Below, one piece after another: positions 1 through 9,824 of a stretch of 64,000 nucleotides of DNA. Within the stretch, counting starts at the first letter, position 1. Each line of letters begins with the position of its first letter. The stretch comes from an uncultured Acidobacteriota bacterium. Its GTDB lineage: Bacteria; Acidobacteriota; Thermoanaerobaculia; Gp7-AA8. A program made the translations under genes and the position numbers. The stretch covers positions 512,001-576,000 of the forward strand of contig CAWGHO010000003.1 of the NCBI GenBank assembly GCA_963822445.1. Reading direction: 5' to 3'. Below the pieces are notes generated by a model that was given only the letters and a program-made list of their open reading frames with translations, was not told the origin of the DNA and searched no databases.

Positions 1-3000
1 GACCATGCAGCAAAGGTGTTGTAGCGCCGATCCGGCGATCGCATCATCTGCAGTTGAACGCGTCGCAACGCTTCGGCGGGTTCGACGCCAAGGCGCAGCG
101 CGCGATGGAATGCGACGGAAAACTCACGGCCCGCAGCATCTTCCACGTCCCACAGCGATGCCACGACGTGCCTCGCCCCCGCCGCTAGGAATGCCGAAGA
201 GAGGCTACGGCTGTACCCGTAGCCTTGGCTGGGCGTGGCTGTTCGGCAGCCCGCCGCGACGACGGTATCGAGATGCCGAAGATTCATTCCGGCGATTTCA
301 CTCGCCGTCAGTGAATCGTCCGTACCGGTCGACGCGACCAGAATTCGGGAGTTGTCGGGACTCAAGGGATCAGAGACTGCATGGGTGGCGAGATGAGCGA
401 CATCCACTTCCTGCAACGCCGCGGTGATTCTGCTCTTCGTCGCGTCCTCCGCTACCAGCAGCGTGGCTCGATCGTACAGCGCGGCAACGTCGTTCGCTTC
501 GCGTTGGGCCGCCTCGAGCGACGGGTACGCGGAATACCGCATCCGGTCGATGGATGGATTTCCGACGCTCAGCAAGGCTTGCGCGCGCCGATCCAGCCGG
601 AGCGGCGCGGCGGCGAATGCTCGAAGCGAGGGGATGATGGTGACGGTTGCGTCCTCGATCAGGAACCGTTCGTCGGGCCCGATGAGGGACGCGAAGGATA
701 GACGGGCGAACCCGGGCGCGTCGACGACCACGAGGTTGTTGTGTCCTGCGATTGCCTCGTGGATGGGTCCGAGCAAGAGCGAGTAGAGCGTCCGGGCTTC
801 CGCCCTAGCGCGCGGGTCCTCACCACTCCCTATCGCGTCGGCGAGTCGTTCGATAGAACGCTCCACCTGTCTCCAGGACACCAAATTCCCGACTCGTTGC
901 ATGTCTCCCGTGGTGATCACATAGCGGACGGTTCGCTCCCGATAGAAACCGAATGCGAGCAGAACCGTTCCGGGCTTCACGAGGGCGGCGAGGTCGCGCG
1001 CACGGACCGGCTCGGACACGTCCCTGCCCTCTTCGCGATCGAGAAGAATTCGTGCGCGAGGGCGGTCTGCGACCGCAAGCGCGGCGTCGTACTCGCCACG
1101 GCTGTCGAGGAGGTCAGCCAGCGCCATGTATGCGTCGCTCGATTTTCCGAGAAACGTATCGCGGAAAACGTCTCGCTCGACGCGATCCCTCCGCTCTTCG
1201 ATCATCTGCACAGCGAGCCGGAGATCGCTCTCCGCTTCGGCGAACCGCTCGACCTTGCTCGCCAAGCCGGCACGGACCACCAGCACCTCGGGGACTCGTC
1301 TCAGGCGTCCCCGCTTCGTCGCCACGGCGAGGTAGTCGGTGAGCAGCGACCGCGCACGTTCCGGTGCCTGATCGCCGGTCAGCAGAGCATCTGTGAGACG
1401 GAGCTCATTCTCCGCTCCCTCTCGGAAATTCGCGTCCGCGATCGACGCCGCGGCCTGACGCGCGCGCTCGAGATCCGCTGCGATCGACGTCTTCAGCCCT
1501 GCGTTCTTCGCTGCGAGCGCACGCCAGATCGCCGCTTCGGCCAGACGCGTGTCGGCCCCGCCGCCCTCGAGTTCGAGATTGAGCAATGCGTGGGCAAGCT
1601 CCCAGCGACGTTCGCTGAGCGCGACGAACGCCGCCGCATGAAGCAACGATTGGATCACCCGGGTATCGCCATGACCACCCGCAGCAGCGAGCGAAGACCG
1701 AATGATCGGCCACGCTTCGTGCGGCCGGCCCAGACTCGTGAGTGCCGCCGCGATGCGGCCGGTCATCTCGACGGCGTTCGGAACGTCGCCGATGGCCATA
1801 AACGCCGCTTGAGCCGAACGTTGGGCGGCGAGTGCCTCCTCGAACCGGCCGTTGAACGACAGGATCGTCGCTCGGAGACGATTCATCTGTCCGTGAAGGA
1901 AGCGGAACCCTGCCGGTACCTCCGAAGAGAGGTCGTCGAGCAGAGTCAGGGCGCGGGCGTGATGTCCGACGTCGACCGCCGCGCTGGCGTAATAATGTCG
2001 GGCCAGAAGAGCCATCGGGCTCGACCGGAACGCGAACAGTGCCCCGGCCTTCTGGAACAGTTCGGCGGCTTCCACGGTTTGACGCGCGCCATTCAGCCGG
2101 CTTGCGTCGCGATAAAGCTGGTGCGCCGTGACGAGGGCAGCAAGTTTGGCCGGATCACTTGACGCGCGATCGATCGCGGCGACCGCACTCGCGAGCAGTC
2201 CTTCGCCTTTCGTACGGCGCAACGTGTCGCCCATGACCCGGCTGACCATGAGATGAGCGGCAGCACCCGCGGCATCGCCGCGGGAGGTCGCGATGGCCCA
2301 CTCCGCAAGGCACTCAGTCTCTGCCCAGCGGCGTGCATACTCGGGATGGCGCATCACAGCGTCGGTGATCGGCCCGAAGGTTCGGGCCGCCCCAGCCTGA
2401 GGGAGCGTTGTAACCACGCGTTCCCAGGCACTGGTTCTACTGCCCGCCGATTCGAGCGTCGCAAGGCGCCGCCGCGCCTCGGCAGCCCATGGGCTCGTCG
2501 TGTCAACGCCGAGGTAAGCCTCGTAGGCGGAACGTGCAAGAGCGTTGAGACCGAGGTCGTCGACAACCATCGCCCGGTTGAATCGTGCATGCGAGGGGAT
2601 TGCAGCGTCGGCGATTGCGCGGTCGGCGGCGGCGAGGGCCTCGATCAGCGTGGCATCGTCGCGGTCTAATCCCTTCGCTGCGAGAACGACCGCGAGGTCG
2701 TTCCAGTAAGCCGGGCTGCGACCGCGCTCGGGGATCGCGCGAAGGAGGCGCTCCGCCTCGGCCGTGTTTCCGACGACGAAGGCCGCGACGGCTTTTTGAT
2801 GGTCGTTAGTATCCGGTGAAGCGATGACGGCGTATCCGGTCGCTTTGATCTCGAGCGATTGCCCTGGCACAACGACCAGCGCTGAACGTGTGACGAGGTG
2901 CCGCGCCGGCTCGGTCTTGAGGATCGCCAAGCGGCCGGCCGGGAGAGCATGTTGGCGTCTAACGGAGCGCTGCAGCGCCCGCCACGGATCACGTTCCGCC

Positions 3001-3074
3001 GCCACGAAGACTACGACCGCGGCGGTCAGGACCGCCACGGTCGCTACGCCGAGAGCTGTACGAAACCGGAACAA
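1..3074 (-). CDS. Membrane-anchored TPR + CHAT (caspase-like, clan CD) domain protein, >1020 aa, truncated at left window edge
   Basis: Absent from the ORF track (no stop in window). Manual translation from TTG 3074: hydrophobic ALGVATVAVLTAAVVVFVAA, TPR-like YWNDLAVV..EALAAADRA..RFNRA..PWAAEARRRL, C-terminal CHAT motifs VAHLATHA, VVAAGCRT, AFLAAGARHVVASLWDVED. Both ends are in the same frame. Confidence 0.9.
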   Translation of the reverse strand, partial: MFRFRTALGVATVAVLTAAVVVFVAAERDPWRALQRSVRRQHALPAGRLAILKTEPARHLVTRSALVVVPGQSLEIKATGYAVIASPDTNDHQKAVAAFVVGNTAEAERLLRAIPERGRSPAYWNDLAVVLAAKGLDRDDATLIEALAAADRAIADAAIPSHARFNRAMVVDDLGLNALARSAYEAYLGVDTTSPWAAEARRRLATLESAGSRTSAWERVVTTLPQAGAARTFGPITDAVMRHPEYARRWAETECLAEWAIATSRGDAAGAAAHLMVSRVMGDTLRRTKGEGLLASAVAAIDRASSDPAKLAALVTAHQLYRDASRLNGARQTVEAAELFQKAGALFAFRSSPMALLARHYYASAAVDVGHHARALTLLDDLSSEVPAGFRFLHGQMNRLRATILSFNGRFEEALAAQRSAQAAFMAIGDVPNAVEMTGRIAAALTSLGRPHEAWPIIRSSLAAAGGHGDTRVIQSLLHAAAFVALSERRWELAHALLNLELEGGGADTRLAEAAIWRALAAKNAGLKTSIAADLERARQAAASIADANFREGAENELRLTDALLTGDQAPERARSLLTDYLAVATKRGRLRRVPEVLVVRAGLASKVERFAEAESDLRLAVQMIEERRDRVERDVFRDTFLGKSSDAYMALADLLDSRGEYDAALAVADRPRARILLDREEGRDVSEPVRARDLAALVKPGTVLLAFGFYRERTVRYVITTGDMQRVGNLVSWRQVERSIERLADAIGSGEDPRARAEARTLYSLLLGPIHEAIAGHNNLVVVDAPGFARLSFASLIGPDERFLIEDATVTIIPSLRAFAAAPLRLDRRAQALLSVGNPSIDRMRYSAYPSLEAAQREANDVAALYDRATLLVAEDATKSRITAALQEVDVAHLATHAVSDPLSPDNSRILVASTGTDDSLTASEIAGMNLRHLDTVVAAGCRTATPSQGYGYSRSLSSAFLAAGARHVVASLWDVEDAAGREFSVAFHRALRLGVEPAEALRRVQLQMMRSPDRRYNTFAAW

Positions 3075-3084
3075 GTGGGGAGCT

Positions 3085-3879
3085 CTAGTTATAATGATCG
3101 ATCGTACAGTCGTCGCCGGGATCGGCCAGGAGTATGTCTGCGCGTGGCGGGAAGGGCCCGCACTTCTTCGGCTCCGTGCAGGGCAAATCGGTCACCGCCG
3201 GACGCACTTGGTGGTTCGCGCACTTACCGACGTAGATGTTGTAGGCCTTATCGAAATGCCGGGCCACGACGTGCGGCGGGCGATTGACCACCTTGATCTC
3301 AGGGACTGCGTCCGATCGTCCGCCGGCGACCTTGATCTCATGGGTCTCAACGACTTCTTTGCCGTTGTTGTCCAGAGACTTCTTCTTGTAGACGAGCGTG
3401 ACATGGTCGCCGCGGAGATCGGCTTCGTAGCGCATCCGGCAGATGGCGCACCGAGGCTCTCTTCCTTCGAAGGAAAGCATCTTCGGCAAGTACGCTTCCG
3501 GCATCACTCTGCCGCCGCGGAAATCTACATACGCTGCGAGCTCGCCCGGGACTACCTGTCGCTTCCTCACCTCTGGCCGAAGCTTGCACGTGGGCGCGAG
3601 CGAGCGCAATGACGGCGAGCCCTCCATGAATTCATCCTTCACGTCGGAGAAGATGCCGCGTGTCCCCCTCACCCGAATCGTCGCACCGGTGAGATCGATC
3701 TCGGCGTCCGATCCCTTCTTCTGTCTCACCACCCAGTCGTCGGGATTGATGATCGAATCGAAGGGTATTACCAGCGTCGGCTGGTGGTGTTCTGCCGCGA
3801 CCAGCACCGCGGTGTTGGCTAGCGACATCGGCTGGTTCACCTGCACGATGAGGCCGATGAAAATGATGATGATTTTCAT
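3085..3879 (-). CDS. Hypothetical protein (264 aa) directly upstream of the CHAT gene, Cys-rich C-terminus
   Basis: ORF 3085..3912; better start ATG 3879 after GAGGGAAGAG; MKIIIIFIGLIV N-terminus, HFDKAY motif, several C-terminal Cys; stop 10 nt before the CHAT start. Confidence 0.75.
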   Translation of the reverse strand: MKIIIIFIGLIVQVNQPMSLANTAVLVAAEHHQPTLVIPFDSIINPDDWVVRQKKGSDAEIDLTGATIRVRGTRGIFSDVKDEFMEGSPSLRSLAPTCKLRPEVRKRQVVPGELAAYVDFRGGRVMPEAYLPKMLSFEGREPRCAICRMRYEADLRGDHVTLVYKKKSLDNNGKEVVETHEIKVAGGRSDAVPEIKVVNRPPHVVARHFDKAYNIYVGKCANHQVRPAVTDLPCTEPKKCGPFPPRADILLADPGDDCTIDHYN

Positions 3880-3990
3880 CTCTTCCCTCCGACTGTGTGT
3901 TCTGTGTGCCACTAGTATAGAGGGCGTCGTTCCCCGTTTTTCCCGCCCGGCGAATCGAAGAAAACCGTCGTCGTGTCTCTCGAAAATGAC

Positions 3991-5208
3991 ATGGAATCAC
4001 GTGAACTGATCGTCTCGTTCCGCGCCGATACCGAAGGGACGCTGCTTTATCGCTCCGTTCCCGCTCCCGATTTCACTTTGGATGCGGTTGCCGCTCTCCT
4101 CAAACGATCCGGACTGGCGGAAGCGGCGTTCGTCAAGGCCGCGGCCCGAGTTCCGGAGCAGGACATCGAGCGCAAGTCGGCGCCGCTCACGAACGTGACC
4201 CCCTCGTGGCGAAGCCGGCAGGGGTATCTCGATGCCGCGCCCGGGGGCGTGCACACGAGTGCTCTCGCCGGTGTTGCCGGCGCCAAGGGGGCGCGCGTCC
4301 GCGTGTTCGATGCGGAGGAGGACTGGGAGACTGGACATATCGATCGGCCCATTGCCTTTTCATCAGTGGTGTTCGGACCCACGACGGCCGCTGCCGGTGC
4401 CGATCAGGACCATGGCACCGCGGTGATGGGAATCATCGCGGCGCGTGAGGATGCCGTTGGTGTGACCGGAATCGCACCCGACGCGACCGTGGGCCTGGTG
4501 CGGTTCGAGCCGAATTTTTCCAACTCGCACATGACGATCCAGAACGCTGTCGACACTCTGAAGATGAAGGGCGGCGACATTCTCGTTCTTCCGATCGACC
4601 GGAAGGGACCGCTCGGAAAACAGATCGCCATCGAGTGGTGGCCGGACGATTTCTCGGCCATAAAGTACGCGACAGGCAAAGGGGTGATCGTCGTCGAAGC
4701 GGCCGGGAACTCTGGCGAGAATCTTGACCTCACCGACTACGACACGCGCCTGCCGGGCTTCAGTCTCGGTTGGAGCAATCCCTTCAAGAGGGGCGCCATG
4801 GATTCCGGAGCGATCCTCGTGGGGGCCGGTGCGCCTCCTAATGGCGCTGATCCGGACCGCTCCCGGCATCGCGATTCGAACTATGGCACGTCTGTGGACG
4901 TTCAAGGATGGGGTGCCGACATCGTCACGACCGGCTACGGCGACCTTACCAAAGGCAGCGACACGACCAAGTTCTACGCTGCGAATTTCGGCAAGACGTC
5001 AGGCTCGACGGCGATGGTTGCCGGCGTTCTCGCGTGTGTTCAGGGCGCCCGCATCGCGGCAGGGCGAGCGCCCTGGACGCCCAGCGAGGCCCGCAACGCC
5101 CTTCGGACCACCGGTTCTCCTCAACAGGCTTCGACAACGTCTCCGCTCAGCGAACGGATCGGCAGCCGACCGAATCTCGCTCAGCTGCTCGCCCTCGCGC
5201 TTGCGTGA
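3991..5208 (+). CDS. S8 (subtilisin-like) serine peptidase
   Basis: Catalytic motifs VFDAE (Asp), DHGTAVMG (His), EAAGN (oxyanion Asn), FGKTSGSTAMVAG (Ser). No clear signal peptide. Start could be GTG 3973 or ATG 3991. Confidence 0.9.
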   Translation: MESRELIVSFRADTEGTLLYRSVPAPDFTLDAVAALLKRSGLAEAAFVKAAARVPEQDIERKSAPLTNVTPSWRSRQGYLDAAPGGVHTSALAGVAGAKGARVRVFDAEEDWETGHIDRPIAFSSVVFGPTTAAAGADQDHGTAVMGIIAAREDAVGVTGIAPDATVGLVRFEPNFSNSHMTIQNAVDTLKMKGGDILVLPIDRKGPLGKQIAIEWWPDDFSAIKYATGKGVIVVEAAGNSGENLDLTDYDTRLPGFSLGWSNPFKRGAMDSGAILVGAGAPPNGADPDRSRHRDSNYGTSVDVQGWGADIVTTGYGDLTKGSDTTKFYAANFGKTSGSTAMVAGVLACVQGARIAAGRAPWTPSEARNALRTTGSPQQASTTSPLSERIGSRPNLAQLLALALA

Positions 5209-5422
5209 CCGTGAGGTGGCGGAGCCGCTCACTCAGCGACCACGATCGCCAGCGATTCGTACCTCAAGCCAACCGCCACGCCGCGCCGGCGGCGCTTCCC
5301 CGATACTTCTCAACAGATCGAAGGCTGTAATCGTGACCTGCACTTGTTTCGGGTCGGTGTTGGCCGGGACCAGGTGCGTGACGTCGAACCGCTGCACGGG
5401 CCGAGCGTGATCGTGCTCCCCC

Positions 5423-5643
5423 GAGCAGCCTCAGGTAGTTCTTGTTGAACCCGGAGCGTCGCGCGAGAAGGGGAAGAACACGCGAGCCTCAACATGCTCT
5501 TCGAGTGGGCCGACATCTTCCACGTCGAAGCCTCTGACCTGCTCCGCGAGCTGGAACAAGGTCGGAAGGAAGCGCGGGCTCGGCGCGCGTCAGCGATGCT
5601 GGCCGCGGCAGGCCTGACCCCGCCATCCTCTACACCGGCGTAA
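5423..5643. pseudogene. XRE-family HTH gene relic split across both strands
   Basis: Minus strand 5467-5423 reads LARRSGFNKNYLRLL; plus strand from ~5467 reads EGEEHASLNMLFEWADIFHVEASDLLRELE...stop 5643. Joined, they match the HTH_3 pattern. Confidence 0.5.
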
Positions 5644-8321
5644 TCGGAATCTCCCCGGTCAACGGACGAAACAGCGTCTGTTGCAGGAACGGCAGGACGT
5701 CGTCCGCGGGGAGGGGGCGGCTGAAGAGATAGCCCTGCATCAGATCGCAGGCGTAGTGGCGCAGGAACGTGTACTGCGCTTCCGTCTCCACCCCTTCGGC
5801 GACGACCTTGAGCTGCAGGGTGTGGGCGAGGTTGATGACATACGACACGATTGCCGCGGCCGTTTCGTCCGACGTCACTTCGCGGAGAAACTCCTTGTCG
5901 ATCTTCACCGTTGTGATGGGGAAGTGCTTCAGGTAGATCAGCGAGCTCTGGCCGGTGCCGAAGTCGTCGATGGCGATGCTCACGCCCATCGTGCGCAGCT
6001 CGCGCAGCACTTTCATCGTCAGATCGAAGCTCTGCATCGCCGCGCTCTCGGTGATCTCGAGCTGCAGCATCTGCGGCTGGAGTCCGCTTTCCGTCAGGGC
6101 GATGCGCACGACGTCGACCAGTCCGCGTTGCTGCAGCTGCACCGCCGAGATGTTCACCGCCATGCACAGCGACGTCAGCCCCTGATCGTGCCAGCGGCGC
6201 AGTTGCCTGCACGCCGTGCGAAGCGCCCACTCGCCGATCTGGATGATCATGCCCGTCTCTTCGGCGAGCTGGATGAACTCGATGGGCTGAATGAGGCCGC
6301 GATGAGGATCGCGCCAGCGCAGCAACGCTTCGAGCGACACGATCCGCCGCCGCGCACGATCGTAGATGGGCTGGTAGTAAAGCTCGAGCTCCTCGCGCTC
6401 CACGGCGTGATGCAGATGCTGCTCGAGCGCGAGGCGGCGCACGTAGCGCTCGTTCATGCTCGCCGTGAAGAGCTGCGCCTGATTGCGGCCGAGCTCCTTC
6501 GCGCGGTACAGCGCCGCGTCGGCGCACTTGAGCAGCGTCTCCGCATCCTCGCCGTCGGAAGGAAAGCAGCTGATGCCGATGCTCGCGGTCACGAAGAGCT
6601 CGTGCCCATCGACGCTGAACGGCCGCTGCAGCGAGTCGAGAACCTTGCGGGCCACGCCGGCCACACCTTCCGCGTTCACGATCTCCGGCAGCAGCACGCT
6701 GAACTCATCGCCGCCGATGCGCGAGATCGTGTCCGACGCGCGCAGTGAGCTCTGCAGACGTTTGGCGATGTCCGCGAGCAATGCGTCGCCGAACGAATGA
6801 CCCAGCCCGTCGTTGACCAGCTTGAAGTGATCGACGTCTAGGTACATCACCGCCAGTCCCACGCGATTGCGCCGCGCATGCGAAAGGCTGTTCACCAGCC
6901 GGTCGCGGAACAGCAGGCGGTTGGGGAGCGCTGTCAGCGAGTCGTAGTAGGCGCGGTACTCGAGCTGTTTCTCGGTCTCCTTGCGCTGGGAGACGTCGCG
7001 GTAATTGAGGACGACCGCTCCGACGCTCTCTTCGTGAAGCAGGTTCTGGCTGAACCCTTCCAGCCAGATCCACATGCCGCTCTTGTGGCGGAAGCGCAGC
7101 TCGCCGTGCGACTCGTGATTCGGCATGGACAGGATGTCGCCGAACACTTTGCGCGCCGCTTCGACGTCGCGAGGATGAACGAAGTCGAAGATCGAGCGGC
7201 CGAGGAGCTCGGACTCGTCGTAGCCGATGAGGTGGGAGGTCGAGGAACCGGCGTACGAGAAGCGCAGCTCGCCGTCGAGCAGCACCACGCCGCTCCAGCT
7301 CTTCTCGACGATCGTGCGGAAGCGTTTCTCGCGCTGCTCGAGCGCGCTCTCCGCGAGACGGCGCCGGGAGATGTCGCGAATGAATGCAGTGAAGCTCAGA
7401 TCGTTGCCGCTGCCTGCCGGGGCGATCGTGACTTCGATCGGGAACTGCTCGCCGGAGGCGCGGCGGGCGAAGGTCTCGATGCGTCGTCGCAGCAATCGCG
7501 ATTGCGTACCTTTCTCATGGCGGGCCAGGGCTTTCTTGAACAGCGCCAGCTCGCGTTTGTCGAAGAGCTCTTCCCGCAATGGCATTCCCATCACGGTCAC
7601 GCGTCGCGATCCCGAACGTGGCCTCGGCCTGCCGGTTCCACTCGATCACGTTCAGCGAGCGATCGACGGCGATGACCGCATCGAGCGTAGTGGCGATGAG
7701 CTGGCGCAGACGCGCTTCCGATTTGCGCAGCGCGTCTTCCGTCCGCCCGCGGGCGATCGCTTCGCCGACGATGCTCGCCGTCGAGCGCAGGAACGCGAGC
7801 TCGTACTCCGCGAAGACGCGCTCTTCGTTCGAATAGACCAGCATCACGCCGAACGGTCCGTACTGCGTGCGGATCACGACCCCGGCGCCGCTGCGCACGC
7901 CGTGGTAATTGCGAAGGTGCGTTGCCTTGAAGCGCGTTTCCTGCTCGAGCCGTCCGAAACTGAACGGCGTCTCGGCGAGCAGCGTGATCATGCCCAGGGC
8001 CTCGTCCTCGTCCGCGTCGCGGGTGCAGTGCAGGAAGGTCTCGTTCGCGCCGAGCGCGCCGCGGACGATCATCCGCCCGCCGGGCAGGATCTCCAGCGCA
8101 CGGCAATGCGAGACCTGCAGGGTGCTCTCGACGAGCGCGCAGGCTTGGCCGAGGAGAATCAGGGGGTCGACGCCGGTGAGGGCGGCCTGACCGAGCTCGG
8201 CGATCGCCGTTTGCTGACGATCGCGCGCCTCGATCTCCGCGCGTACACGAAGCAGATCCGCATCCGGAGACTCCGGCTGCGCCCCGCGGACGAGGTGGAA
8301 CGGCGTCGATTGTTCGGACAT
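5630..8321 (-). CDS. GAF-PAS-PAS-GGDEF-EAL diguanylate cyclase/phosphodiesterase (~896 aa), one frameshift near 7597
   Basis: ORFs 7515..8321 and 5630..7600 join within a PAS domain (WNRQAEATFGIATRD / VMGMPLREELF); YDSLTALPNR, DVDHFK, RIGGDEF, LEALLRW, LEITES, DDFGTG, VVAEGVET, MQGYLF. Confidence 0.9.
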
Positions 8322-8446
8322 GGAACCCGATTGCGCCCGATGGAAAAGCTACCTGTGTGCGTTGCAGTTTAAGCGCAAGTGACCCAGGTCACAACGAGGT
8401 TCGGAGCGGCGCGTATACTTCCGGTCCACAACCACAGCAGCACTGC

Positions 8447-8486
8447 AAAAAAGGGGGGCGTACCGCACGCCCCCCTTTTTCTTTTT
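8447..8486 (+). terminator. Intrinsic terminator-like hairpin 12 nt upstream of the 8499 start codon
   Basis: AAAAAAGGGGGGCGT-ACCGC-ACGCCCCCCTTTTTCTTTTT: perfect GC stem with U-tract; A-tract on the other side could make it bidirectional. Confidence 0.75.
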
Positions 8487-8498
8487 CCCGGAGGCTCG

Positions 8499-9614
8499 AT
8501 GACAGGCAGGAAATTCGTGATGGTGTTGATGCTGATCGCGGCCGCGGCTTGCCGCCGCGAGAGCTCGAACATTACCGGCAGTTACAGCGGCGGCTTCCTG
8601 GCGGGCGCGGTCGTGTTGAACGGCATCGAAGGATCGCCGCAAGGCGTCGAAGTATCTGTTCGCGACACCGGCATGGTCACCACGCTCGCGGCCGACGGGC
8701 GGTTCTCGTTCGCGAACGTTCCCGACAACGCCATTCTCGATTTCCGCCGCGCCGACGGCATCCAGGCCTCGCTCGCCATCGCTCCGAACGGCGGCAAGGG
8801 CTCACTCATCGTCGACCTGGGACGCAGCCGCGCGGGCGCGTCTTCTGGCCGCGGCAACAACACGCGCGATAAGCGCGAGTTCGAAGGTGTGATCCGCACC
8901 GCCGGCGCGGACAGCATCGTCATCTTCACCTCGCATCAGGAAGAAGTGGGCATCGGACTGACCGATGACACGGTCATCCGCAAAGGCAACGAGGTTCTCA
9001 CCGCGGCCGATCTGGTCGCGGACATGCGCGTTCACGTGCGCGCGCGGAAAGTCATCGATGGTTACGTCGCGCAGCAGATCGTCGTGCAGGAAGGGGAGGA
9101 CGACGACGATGGCGAAGACGACGAGCGTCCGTCGCTCCGCCAGTACGAAGGAACGGTCGTCAGCGCGAGCGCGACGGAGCTGGTCATCAACGACTCCCAT
9201 CGCAACGAAGTGACGTTCGCCATCACCGCGGAGACGATCATCCGCAAAGGGAACGCGACCGTAGCGGCCGCAGACCTGCGGCCGGGCCAGCGGGTTCACG
9301 TCAAGGCGGAAGTCGCGGCCGACGGCGCGGCGACCGCGGTGCAGGTCGTTCTGCAGAACACGCGGGACTCCCAGACGGTCAGCGTGAGCGGAACGGTGGT
9401 GAGCGTGAGTGGTGCGGACATCGTGGTCGATACGAAGACCGGCGACGTCACCGTCCAGACCGACGCCACGACCGCTATCCGCAAGAAAGGAAAGGCGATA
9501 GCGCTGACGGACATCGTCGCCGGCGACTCCCTTTCCGCGAAGGGAACGAGGGTTTCGGAGAACACGATTCTGGCCTCGGAAGTCGAGATCCGCGGCAAGA
9601 GCGGGCATCCGTAG
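8499..9614 (+). CDS. Lipoprotein with three DUF5666-like repeats
   Basis: ATG 8499 after GGAGG; lipobox LIAAAAC; three repeats of G-x-V/I...TxIRKG/K...DL..G..V.V (TVIRKG, TIIRKG, TAIRKK). Confidence 0.8.
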   Translation: MTGRKFVMVLMLIAAAACRRESSNITGSYSGGFLAGAVVLNGIEGSPQGVEVSVRDTGMVTTLAADGRFSFANVPDNAILDFRRADGIQASLAIAPNGGKGSLIVDLGRSRAGASSGRGNNTRDKREFEGVIRTAGADSIVIFTSHQEEVGIGLTDDTVIRKGNEVLTAADLVADMRVHVRARKVIDGYVAQQIVVQEGEDDDDGEDDERPSLRQYEGTVVSASATELVINDSHRNEVTFAITAETIIRKGNATVAAADLRPGQRVHVKAEVAADGAATAVQVVLQNTRDSQTVSVSGTVVSVSGADIVVDTKTGDVTVQTDATTAIRKKGKAIALTDIVAGDSLSAKGTRVSENTILASEVEIRGKSGHP

Positions 9615-9664
9615 GTGCCCAGGGTGTGGCGCTGAGCTGCCGCTCACGCGCGCGGGTGTGATGG

Positions 9665-9692
9665 AAGGGCCGGCGGAACACGCCGGCCTTTT
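9665..9692 (+). terminator. Intrinsic terminator after lipoprotein gene
   Basis: GGCCGGCG-GAACA-CGCCGGCC-TTTT. Confidence 0.65.
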
Positions 9693-9824
9693 CTGCGTCC
9701 GTAAGTTATTGCTGCAATGCGTCGTTTCCAAAATGGTGTAAAATTCACCGGTCCGATTTCCGCGTCCAACTCGAGAACGCCCGGGATCACCCCGGGTGTA
9801 GCCATTTTGTCGATAGGGGTTGCC

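Noticed and set aside
5233-5397. 54-aa minus-strand ORF MQRFDVTHLVPANTDPKQVQVTITAFD...
   Set aside because: No RBS or recognisable motif; probably a fragment within the scrambled junction.
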